Source: Chiloscyllium plagiosum
Taxonomy: Eukaryota
Assembly (NCBI RefSeq): GCF_004010195.1
Contig: NW_025214499.1
Coordinates: forward strand, 1-40,040
Length of the DNA: 40,040 nucleotides
Reading direction: 5' to 3'
The translations under genes were made by a program, and so were the position numbers. The number at the start of each line of letters is the position of its first letter. The stretch's first letter is position 1. This document shows, piece by piece, positions 23,058-33,529 of the stretch. The notes under the pieces are model-generated. The model had not been told where the DNA came from. It worked only from the letters and a program-made list of their open reading frames with translations, and did not search any database.

Positions 23058-23179
23058 CTGAGCATTTGGTGACCCAACTCTGGATGGAGCATGGGGACTG
23101 CAGTTACAGAATCTGGGGTCTGCAACATGAACAACAAATGGAGCAAAGGCTGCAGAGAGGGGAATCTCTGGATCAATAT

Positions 23180-24330
23180 TGTGAGTGTGTTGGGAAAGGG
23201 ATCTGCGGTATCCATCCGGGTTTTCTAGGAACAGCTTCCCAAGCTCCACTTCATCCAGGAATAGAATGTGAGGAGATCCTTATTGAACAAGTAGCTGGTA
23301 ACAGATTGGTGTCACCTCATTAAACATGACCTGCAGCTTCATACCAGGGGGAGACAGTGCTGCCAGTGGCTGTTAGGTTCACAGTTTCATTCAGCTTCTA
23401 TGATCCGGAACTTTCCAGGCTGGTGTGGGTGAAATATCCATCATCTCCCAGTATCTCAACATCAATGTCACCATTCGGTGATGGAGGATATATATGGTGG
23501 ATGAAGTAAATACATTGTTTCTCCCACATTACGGAACTGCCGGGTGTATCCTTATTTTCCCAGTATAGTGGCTTCTCTTTGGTTTACATGGCATCTTCAG
23601 AGTATGGGGAGAGGTAGAGGAACTGAAGGATCTCTCTCTCTCTATTAATCTTATAGTGTGTCCATGTACAGTACATCATGTTGGTGAATAGCTCTGGCCT
23701 GAAAGCAGCCACAGTTCCTTCATTCAGAAGCAGGCAGCATTTCCTATCGTCCATTTAGAAAGGAATGAATGCATCTTGGAGGAAGACCGTCCCGTTGATA
23801 CACATTTCAAAACATCATCGCATCACCAACCAACCACATCAANNNNNATATCCATCATCTCCCAGTATCTCAACATCAATGTCACCATTCGGTGATGGAG
23901 GATATATATGGTGGATGAAGTAAATACATTGTTTCTCCCACATTACGGAACTGCCGGGTGTATCCTTATTTTCCCAGTATAGTGGCTTCTCTTTGGTTTA
24001 CATGGCATCTTCAGAGTATGGGGAGAGGTAGAGGAACTGAAGGACCTCTCTCTCTATTAATCTTATAGTGTGTCCATGTACAGTACATCATGTTGGTGAA
24101 TAGCCCTGGCCTGAAAGCAGCCACAGTTCCTTCATTCAGAAGCAGGCAGCATTTCCCATCGTCCATTTAGAAAGGAATGAATGCATCAAGGAGGAAGACC
24201 GTCCCGTTGATACACATTTCAAAACATCATCGCATCACCAACCAACCACATCAAAATATTGCATGTGTACGGAGAGCAATGGCGTCACTTGGAGCATCAA
24301 GGATCAATCGAGCAGGGATGGAACAAAATC
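23180..24330 (+). pseudogene. Harbinger/PIF (HARBI1-like) DDE transposase remnant
   Basis: 'TVLPVAVRFTVSFSFY..GTFQAGVGEISIISQ', then '..GF' and 'SIN..VC..VQYIMLVN..WPESSHSSFI' (consensus HSINVQ.VCD...WPGS.HDSFI). Part of it is duplicated across a 5-N gap. Confidence 0.75.
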
Positions 24331-24419
24331 TCCCATGACTGAACGGGTCTTAGTGAATCCTCCAGTACCCAGCATCATTAAGTCCTGTAATCCCTCTCTA
24401 TTTCAGTAACATGTTGCCT

Positions 24420-24733
24420 TCCATTATTTCTGTAAATGAAATTACAGGTTATGTCGTTATATCCCACCTGCCAAACGATTATCCATTGCTTTTACCACTC
24501 TGTATATATTTGCAGACTCTCCACCCTCTCTTGATAATATAATCTCTTCCTTATCACAACGACATCACCAAACTCAGTATCAGTACATCTTTCCATCCCA
24601 CTGATCATTAATATAGATTGTATATAGTTGAAGACCCAGCGGTGGTCGCTATATGACTCAATAGTTTACGACCTGTCCAACTGATTAAGAGAACTTATCC
24701 GGAGCGCCTGCTTCCTGTTTGATAACCAGTCCT
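24420..24733 (-). mobile_element. Old CR1 RT fragment
   Basis: 'tcattaatatagattgtatatagttgaagacccagc' reverse-translates to LGLQLYTIYIND. Confidence 0.65.
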
Positions 24734-24917
24734 CCCCATTCCTGTGTAACATATTCAAAGGGCTGAATACGAACGCGGAGCATCAGTCGGCTATTCAGCT
24801 CCCAGAGACTGCTCCGCTATTGAATACAATCACGGCTGATGTCATCGCTACTCCACCATTGAGTACAATCATGATTGATGTCATTTTTGCTCCACCATTG
24901 AATACAAACACGGCTGA

Positions 24918-26655
24918 GAATGGCTGTTGGTTTGTGTGCTGTTATGAGTCCTAGTGGTCGCAGTAGTCTGGCTGTCAGTTCAGAAATGTTTTGGAGGTAT
25001 GATATTGTGGCTCGTCCTTTGGGTTGCGGCAAGTCATCATTCCGTTTTCTTTCCCTTAGGCATCTGTTGATGAAATTGCGTGGGTATCCGTTTTTGGTGA
25101 ATACATTGTATAGGCGTTGTCCTTCCTCTTTTTGCAGTTCTGGTGTACTGCAGTATGTTGCGGCCCTTTTGAACAGTGTCTTGATGCAACTTCTTTTGCG
25201 TGTGTTGGGGTGGTTGCTTTCGTAGTTTAGGAGTTGGTCTGTTTGTGTGGCTTTCCTGTATACTTTTGTGGTGAATTCTCTGTTCGGCGTTCTCTGTACC
25301 ATCACATTTAGGAATGGGAGTTGGTTGTCCTTTTCTTTCTCTCTAGTGAATCGGATTCCTGTGAGTGTGGCATCGATGATCCGGTGTGTGTTCTCTATTC
25401 CTGTGTTTTTAATGATTGCAAAGGTGTCATCCACATATCTCACCCAGAGTTTGGTTTGAATTTGCGGTAAGACTGTTTGTTCTATTCGTTGCATTACAAC
25501 TTCTGCTATGAGTCCAGAGATGGGTGAGCCCATGTGTGTGCCGTTGATTTGTTCATATATTTGGTTGTTGTATGTGAAATGTGTTGTGAGGCACAGGTCC
25601 AGTAGTTTGAGTATGCAGTCTTTGTTGATAGGTTCCCTGTCTTGTTGTCTCTTCTGTATGTCCAGCAGGTTGGCTATTGTTTCTGTGGCTAGGGTTTTGC
25701 CGATAGAGGTGAACAGTGCCATTACATTGAATGAGACCATAGCTTCTTCCATGTCTATGTGTATATTTCTGATGATGTCCAAGAATTCCTGTGTTGACTG
25801 TATAGAGTGTCTGGATCCGCTGATCAGGTGTTTCACTTTGTGCTGTAGTTCTTTAGCCAGTTTGTGTGATAGTGTCCCTGGTAGTGATTCTATGGATCTG
25901 AGTGGGATGTCTGGTTTATGCACTTTACGTATTCCCCAGAATCTGGGGTTGTCATTGCTTTCAGGCTTCATTATCTGCAGGTCAAACATGGTTAACTGTT
26001 CGTTTTTTGTTGGTTCCTCAGTGTGTTGTTTATCCTATTGGTGAGCTGCAGGGTGCGGTCAAACTCCGTCTTTTGGTATGTGTTGGTATCTGCAAGTAGT
26101 TGTTGCGCTTTTTGGGTGTAATCTGCTTTGTACAGGATGGCCGTCATTCTGCCTTTGTCTGCTGGTAGTATGATTATGTTCTTATCGTTTCTTAGTGATG
26201 AGAGTGCTTCCCTCTCCTTGGTGTTGAGGTTATGTGTTTGTCTTTTCCTTGTTANNNNNNNNNNNNNNNNNNNNNNNNNNNNNNNNNNNNNNNNNNNNNN
26301 TCATTCTGCCTTTGTCTGCTGGTAGTATGATTATGTTCTTATCGTTTCTTAGTGATGAGAGTGCTTCCCTCTCCTTGGTGTTGAGGTTATGTGTTTGTTT
26401 TTTCCTTGTTATCAGTAGTACAATACTTTGTCTCACTGTTTGTTGAGTTTTTTCTGTCAGTCCATTGTATGCATTCTAGTGCTTTTATGAAGTCAGCTGT
26501 CTTGGCGTCCCTATGGTTGTAGTTGAGTCCCTTGGCCAGTATTGTTCATTCCGTGTCTGTGAGCTGTCTGTGGGAGAGGTTTCTAACCCAGGATTGTGTT
26601 GTGGTGTCCTCTCTGTTGTATGTTAGTTTGACCATTTTTTTTTCAGTGCCGTTTT
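24918..26655 (-). mobile_element. Penelope-like element, RT-encoding segment lacking GIY-YIG
   Basis: 'IIILPADKGR' (DKG motif), then an ORF from 25989 with 'KVHKPDIPLRSI', 'VSFNV.ALFTSI', 'GTHMGSPIS', 'WVRYVDD', 'LPFLNV', 'VYRK.T', 'SNHP' and 'NGYP'. It ends at 'HKPT'. Confidence 0.95.
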
Positions 26656-26869
26656 TAAGCACATCGACCTGGACCCAATATACCGGCCACTGCAGCAGAC
26701 AGTTGGAACTGGCAACCAGAAGTGGCAGAGACAAACTACTATAAATGCCGGAGGAAACATCACAGAAACGCTTCAGGGGAGGAAACCCAAGCACTGATGA
26801 TGTCAACTAGACAGGGGACGAAACGTCTGCAACACAAATTCCCAGCTCGGCGAACAGAACCAAAACAAC
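26656..26869 (+). mobile_element. Penelope 3' end / pLTR in opposite orientation to the RT segment
   Basis: Reads 'KHIDLDPIYRPLQ' (PLE C-terminus-like), followed by a hammerhead motif and a tail also seen at 29763-29824. Confidence 0.85.
26791..26830 (+). ncRNA. Minimal type I hammerhead ribozyme (PLE-associated)
   Basis: gca-CUGAUGA-u-guc[loop]gac-GAAA-cg-UC-ugc: stem I gca/ugc, stem II guc/gac, palindromic ACGU stem III, GUC cleavage triplet. Confidence 0.85.
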
Positions 26870-28147
26870 TATTGAATACAATCATGGTTGATGTCATCTC
26901 TGCTCCGCCATTGAATACAATCATGGCTGATGTCATCTCTGCTCCGCCATTGAATACAATCATGGCTGAAGTCATCGCGGCCTCTGTTCCACTTTCCTGC
27001 CATCTCTCAATCCTAAAACTCTTATCTCTTGCTGTAGATTGGGCCACATGAAAATATATCCTCTCCACATCTACACTTGCAATTACTCTTAACATTTTGC
27101 AGATCTCAATGAGATGTCCTCTCATTCTTATAAACTTGAGAATAAAGGCCTGAACTGCTCAATTTCTCTTCATTAGACAAACGGTTAATCTCTGGAATAA
27201 ACCTAATGAACTTTTTCTGAATTGCCTCCAACGCAAATGCATCCTTCCACAAGTCAGCGCACCCAAACTATACACCAGTTGCAGCGTCGTGAATGCCTTG
27301 CATAGCTACACCAACACACCCTACCTTTCTACTGTGTTATTTTCCAAATAAACACTGAAATTATGCTTGCATTTTTCATTACTTGCAGTACCCGCATTTG
27401 ATATGCAAGCGGACACCCATACCCCTCTGCCCCTAATCACTTTCAAATTTCTCTTCACTTAGATAATAATTTGCCTTTCTATTACGCTGGCCTCCTTGAA
27501 TAACACCATATTTTTCCACTTTAATTTTCATTGCCAAATTTTGGCCTATTCAACCAACCTATCCATATTTATTTTCATATCTCTTCCATCTTCATTCCGA
27601 AGTAATTTCCCACCACTGTCAGTGTCCTCTGAAAATAGTATTTTCTATCCCGTGAACCAAGTAATAATATCGAACGCAAATAGTTGAGGCATGAGTACTG
27701 AAATCTATGGCACCCCACAAGTTTCATTCGCCAAAAGAAAATGACACATTTATTCCATCTGACTGAATTTTATTGGTTAACCAATCCTCCATCCAAGCTA
27801 ATGAATTACTCCTAAACCGATGTTGTCTGATCTTACCACTTACTCTTTGTTGAAGCGACATATCCAATGCTTTCAGGAAGACCCAGACATTTCATCTCCA
27901 GGAAACCTACTATCCACCTTGTTTGTCACATCCTTAAGTAACTCAAGCAAGCAAATCATACTCGGTTTAACATTCGTCAAACCATATTGACTCTGATGGA
28001 TTGTGGTTTAATTTTGCAAATGTCCTCATCAACGGATTCCAATAATTTGCCTTAAATTACAATAGTTTTATCGTTATGTTTTACTCCCTAATGTATACAG
28101 TTATTACAAGCTTTTTCCTTTTGAAAACCTTTACGTTTTCTTTGAAT

Positions 28148-28910
28148 TCCTGTGTAACGGGCACAAGGCTTAACGAGATCTGCTCCAATTGCTGTGAAAG
28201 AGCCATGTGTGGCTGAATGGATTCATCAACCTGCTGGTGTACAAACTCGATGGGCTGACGTCTTTCTGGTTTTCCGATATTCTCATCTCTATGGCCAGAA
28301 TGGCCTCCTTCTGTTGATGTGTTAGAGGGTTGGGTGATTATGGAATCTTCCTGTTGCTGTGTAACATTTTGAGGGGATGATGGGTCTTCTCATATTCTTC
28401 CATAACAGGCTGGAGATACTGAATAGTCTCCTCATGCATCGCTGAGATAGGACTGAGGGAGTGATTGGTTTTCTCCTGTTGTCACACAACAGACACGTAT
28501 CTGAATTACCTCTAACTTTCTTATTTAAACTGCCTCAGATACTTTATATCCTTATCCAATTCCCCTACAAAGGATCAGAGAGGCTGAATGACCTCCTGTT
28601 ATCCCAGTTTTGTGGCCTCTTCCAGTTCCTGTGTTACAGACTTGAGGAGGCTGAATGGACTGATACTCTTGTTGTGTAACAGGATACAGGTGCAGCATGG
28701 TCCATTCTGAGTCCAGCGTTTTGACTCGAGGGGCTGTTTGGCCTCCTCCTGTAACCTTACAACAGGCTCCAGGGTTGAATACCCTTGTCCTGTTCTGGTG
28801 TAAAAGGGTCGAAGGCGTGAATATCCTTCTGCTATTCCTGTGTAACAAGCTGGAGAAGTGGAATGGATTCCTCCATTTATTATATAATTGGTTTCTATTG
28901 CTGACTCCTT
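28148..28910 (+). repeat. CR1-tail-derived 42-bp minisatellite (array B; a further unit at ~24730-24770)
   Basis: Consecutive 41-42-bp units at ~28725-28875, consensus ctcgaggggctgaatggcctcctcctgttcctgtgtaacagg. Confidence 0.8.
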
Positions 28911-29409
28911 CCGGTGTTCAATGTAAAAATATGATCATCTTTCATTCATCTAAACTCAACCTGATCATCATTTCCTTATGGGTTAATACTTTCATTACAG
29001 GAATCAGTTGAGGGAACCATCTCTGAGCTGCTTCCAAGGTAACAATATCCTTTCGTCAGTGAGGAGATTAAATTTGTACACACGACTCTAGATGTGATCT
29101 CACTAAGACCCTGTACAGCAGCAGCAACACGTCATCGGTGTGCTGTATGATTCCCACCTAGGTTAGAGCATTCTCAGGGGAAATACACAGCATTGTTGAA
29201 AGATCATTGTCCTTCTCTACTCCACAGCATAACAGAAGATCTGAAGAAGAGCATAAATGATGTGGCTAGATGATCTCTAACATTAATTTACCCAGATCCC
29301 ACGTCGCTCAGATTCTAAAGAATATGACAAGATGGAGCTCAGAAACAGCAAGGAGAAGCAAGCATTAATGGGAGTTATATATCAAAGTGAAAGCTGCAAT
29401 ACAAATGTT

Positions 29410-29995
29410 GGATATGTTATAAAACAGGAAAATGAGAAGGGAGTGTGGCAGGGGGGAGGTAGCTGGGAATGTGATAGGTAGATGAAGGTGGGGCTGAAAG
29501 TGAAAGGTGATGAACGGAAACAGAACACCTGAACTACTGCACCCATTACACCCAATGTGGTCTTCTCTACTTTGGAGAGACAGGATGCCAACTTGTGGAT
29601 CATTTCATAGAATATCCCTGGGGCAACCACATTGACCAACTCCAAAGTCTTGTGGCTGTGCACTTTAACTCCCCTTCCCACTCTGCCAAGGACATGAGGG
29701 TTCTGGGACCTCTCCATCTCCTTTCCATAACCACCAGAAGCCTGGAGGAACAAAGCCTCTTGGTTTGTGAGAATATTTGTAGCTCGGGTGCTCGTTGTTG
29801 TGGTTCTGTTCGGCGAGCTGGGAAACTTCTGCCTTGGGATCCGCCAACCACAGGGTTCACTGTGGATTTCACCAGTTTCCCCACTTCCCCAAACCCCACC
29901 TTATCCCAGTCGGAACCTCCAACTCAGCACCGCCTTTTTGAACGTTCCTATGTGTCCACCTTCCATTCCATCAGCCCCACATTCATCTACTCATT
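29410..29995 (+). mobile_element. Second Penelope-like fragment (GIY-YIG C-terminus) with inverted 3' UTR copy on its left
   Basis: 'CGLLYFGETGCQL' and 'VAVHFNSPSHSAKDMRVLG...LEEQSL'. The stretch 'gtagatgaaggtggggctga' (~29477-29497) is inverted relative to 'tcagccccacattcatctac' (~29971-29990). Confidence 0.75.
29763..29824 (-). mobile_element. ~62-bp 3'-tail insertion of the first Penelope family
   Basis: Reverse complement matches 26839-26869 at 29/31 nt and extends ~31 nt further. Confidence 0.85.
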
Positions 29996-31149
29996 AGATC
30001 AAAGGAGGCAGCTTAGAAAAATGCCAAGTGTTGTAGTAAGCCAGTGGATTCAGAGAAATGTAAGACCCAGTAAAGGATGGCCAAGAAACTGAGAAGAAAA
30101 TCAAAAACGTAAAGCATGCAAATAAAAGAAAAACATAAATACTGCTAAAAAGCTTCTATCAATGTATGAAATAAAAACAAAAACAAGGTCAAATGTGGAA
30201 CAGTGAGTGTGCAGACAGGATCATTTATTGTCGAGAACAGAGAAATCACAAGGCAAAGAAACAGTAATTTTTGTGTCCATCTTCAAGGAAAAATATCCAT
30301 AAATTCTCCCAGAAATACCAAGAGACCATGGGACTTGTGTAAGTAAAGTCTAAGGTCATTCACATCAGTGATGAGGTCGTCATTGAAAAGATAGCTGGAT
30401 TGAGTATTAATAAATCTGACAGACCAGATGTAGTTCATACAAGAATTTCAGATGAAGCAGCAATAGACATATTGATTGCATTTCGGATTTTCATGTTATT
30501 TTCCGACACATTATTGAAAGGCATTTAGCCAATCTGAATAAGGTGAATGTTATAAATATTATCCGACACTTTAAGAAAGGATGAAGATGGAGAGCGGTGA
30601 ACTACAGACCGACTAACTTGTCATCCGTGGTTGGGTGTCTGTTGGACTGAATTACAAAGAACGTGCTGCTAGATATAGAGAAAGAAATGGCAAAACTCGG
30701 AAGTATGATAATGCATCGATGAAATGAAAGCCATAAGTGGCAAATACTTTTTGTAATGGTTTGAACATGATTCTTGTAGACGTGGCAATGAAGAACCAAT
30801 GGATCACGTATAGTTGGAGATTCAGGAGCAATATTTTTAAAGTACTGACACGTAAGCTCATAAGAAAAATTAAAGCACAAGGTATTGGGAAGAATATATG
30901 CAAATGGGACGGTATAAATTAGGTTTACATTCACGTAAATGTATTTGCAATGTAGAAGATGTCGTGCACCAGTTACATAGAGTGTTGGTGAGACTAAACC
31001 TAAAGTATTGTGTACCGTTTGGAGTCCCAATCTAAGATAGAATCTATTGACTACACAGGAACTGCAAAATGTATTATCCAGATTAATTCATAAGATGGCA
31101 AGATTGTCTGATGGGGAAACTCAGCCTGTGATCTTGAGTTTCATATGGT

Positions 31150-32900
31150 GAAACCTAGAAACAACGAGAAGACTGAATAACAGAGGGACATGGAGAAGTG
31201 TAAACAGGCGAGATTAGCGAGAATCCCACGATATTCTACACGTACAAGTAGAACAGAATTATCAGACAACAGTTAGTGTCCATTATAAACCAAATGTGAC
31301 AATCTGTGTGTGAAGCTGATGAACATTGATGGATTGTTACATGAGACTTCCGCATCTGTTTTACTTGGGAGAAGGAGGAGGCAGGTACAGAATTCAAGAA
31401 GATGGTCTGGAAAGCTCTTGAACAGATTGATGTAAGATACGAGCAGGGATTTGAGGTTTTGCCCGGTAAAAAATTGGATTAATCCCCCGGTCTGGAAGAG
31501 TTGTATCACAGGCTGATGTCGGGGTCAAAGGAGGAAAGATCCTGACTGAAAATCTTAATTAGAATCTGACCATAGGGGAAGTGCCAGAGGACTGGAGGAC
31601 AGCTAATATGATTCCATTTTACAGTAAGGGTGGTAGAGATAGACCAGGGAATTATAGAGGAGCGAGTGATAGATCACTGTTAGGGAAACTACTGGAGAAA
31701 ATAGCAAAGGAGAAAATTGAACTCCAATCAGAATGGCAAGGTTTGATCAGGGATAATCATCATGACTTTATCAGAGGGAAGTCACATCTAATGAATTTGA
31801 TTGAATTTGAGAAGGTCGCTTATTTAGTTTTGCAGCAATGCCTTTGACAAAGTTCCACATGGGAAACTGAAAAATAAAGTACAGTCTCACAGTATCAAGG
31901 ATAACTTGACAAGTTATAACGAAAGTTGTCTTAGTGTCAGGAGATAGAGGGTGATGGGAGAAGGCTGTTTGTGTGACTGGAGACGAGTGTCCCCTGGTAT
32001 ACCACATGGATCAGTGCTGTGTCCCTTATTGTTTGTGTTTATTCATAACTGGTGTAGATGTAAATCTGCAGGGGGAGAGTAGAGGAAGTGGGAGTTGTGA
32101 TAAGTAAGTTTGCGTTTGATACAATAACTGGCTGGGCGATTGGCAGTGAGGAGGAAGGCCTTACGTTGCAGGAAGACACAGAAGGAATGGTCAGACGGGT
32201 GCATCAATGGCAGATGGAATGTAAACCTGATAAATATGAGGTGATGCACTTTGGAAGAAGGAACCAGACAGGGGAGTACTCAGTGAATGACAGCACATTA
32301 GGAAGCTCAGCGTGTGCTCAGCCACACATCACTGAATGTGACTGGGCAGGGTAATGGACGAGGTAAGAATTGGACCTTTGGTGAAGCGTTTATTAAACAG
32401 TGCGTAGATTATAAGAGCTATACAGGGCTTTGGTTAGACCAATCTGGAATCGTATGTGGAGTTCTGGGAGGCACATTACAGGAAGGATGTGATTGCACTG
32501 GAGGGTCTGCATAGGAGATTCACAAGGATGTTCCCTGGGATGAAGCAGATCAGCCATGGAGAGAGGCTGGATAAGCTCGGGTTGCTTACTTTGGAGCAGA
32601 GAAGGCTGAGGAGGATGTGATTCAGAAGGATAAGATAATGAGGGACATGGACAGGGTGGATAGACAGCAGCTGTTCCTTTTAGTCAGAGGGTCAAGAACA
32701 AGGGAGCACACTTTTAAAGTGAATGTTTTGAGGTACAGAGAGTATTTAATTATTTTTCATACAGAGTGTGTTGCTAGGAGGGGAGTTAGCATGGATAACC
32801 CCACAACCGTTAAAAAGTGCTTGGACGAGAACTTGGAAGTGTCATAGGATTCCTGGCTACGGGCCTGGTGTTGGAAAGTACGACTAATATAGATGGTGCT
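31150..32900 (+). mobile_element. CR1 LINE 3' portion of ORF2 and tail
   Basis: 'PEDWRTANMIPFYSKGGRDRPGNYR', 'HQWQMECKPDKYEVMHFGRRN' and 'MDRVDRQQLF..RTREHTFKV'. Confidence 0.9.
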
Positions 32901-33529
32901 GTATTTCTTTTGGCACAGAGTCTATACTCCAGTGAGTGTTTGGTGGGGAAGGTCAATTATTGAGCATCTGAAGGCAGACATTGATCGATTTCTGAAGAGT
33001 ATATTCACAAGGGTTATAAGACTGAACTGTAATAGCTTGTTAAATCAATGTGAGAAGTATGAGAAAATAAGTGAAGCTTCCTTACAATCTGGAACCAGAC
33101 AATGCGCAATGGGGAACAGGGAAATGGCAGAACTATGAAGCCAATACTTCAGTTCTGTCTTCACAGAACTTTCTAACAATACTAGGAAAATAGACTAGTC
33201 TGGTGTGGGAAAATGACATAGTACACGGAACATAGAACATAGTAAGTAAATAGTTTAGGAGAAATTATTGGGAGTGAAAATAATGGGCACAAACAACATT
33301 AACATAGATTTATGAAATGGGAATTATGATTGAGAAACAGACTGGGAGACAAATGAAAGAGAAACAATGGAGGTAATACATTTGGATTTTCAGAAAAACT
33401 TTGGAAAATCACTAAACCTAGTTTGCAAAATCTAATCTTAGTGGATTGAGGCTAATATATGGCCATGTTTCTAGAATGGGACAGCTGGCAGGAAACAGTG
33501 AATAGAAATAAACAGACTCGGCAAGCAAC

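Larger units (their letters stand above)
24810..26980. repeat. 39-bp tandem repeat split by the Penelope insertion (24810-24917 and 26871-26980)
   Basis: Unit tgaatacaatcatggctgatgtcatctctgctccgccat starts at 24821, 24860, 24899 and at 26873, 26912, 26951. Confidence 0.95.
24768..28050 (-). mobile_element. CR1 LINE 3' part, interrupted in its 3' UTR by a 39-bp minisatellite and a Penelope element
   Basis: Tail at ~24770-24820. Resumes at ~26980 with 'MRGHLIEICKMLRVIASVDVERIYF' and further RT remnants to ~28050. Confidence 0.8.
29190..31150 (+). mobile_element. Old CR1 ORF2 remnant, interrupted by a PLE
   Basis: 'ELRNSK...LMGVI', 'NYRPTNLSSVVG' and 'KLIRKIKAQGI' remnants. Confidence 0.7.

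Noticed and set aside
23434..24254. ~408-bp direct repeat (23434-23842 / 23848-24254)
   Set aside because: Near-identical and abutting a 5-N gap, so most likely an unmerged contig or haplotype overlap.
24920..26044. Plus-strand ORFs of 70-178 aa
   Set aside because: Antisense shadows of the Penelope RT ORF.
26144..26411. ~110-bp direct repeat inside the Penelope element
   Set aside because: Flanks an N gap (26255-26300) and is almost identical, so probably an assembly artefact.
26871..26980. CRISPR-like appearance of the 39-bp and 42-bp arrays
   Set aside because: The units are contiguous without unique spacers, there are no cas genes, and the context is eukaryotic.
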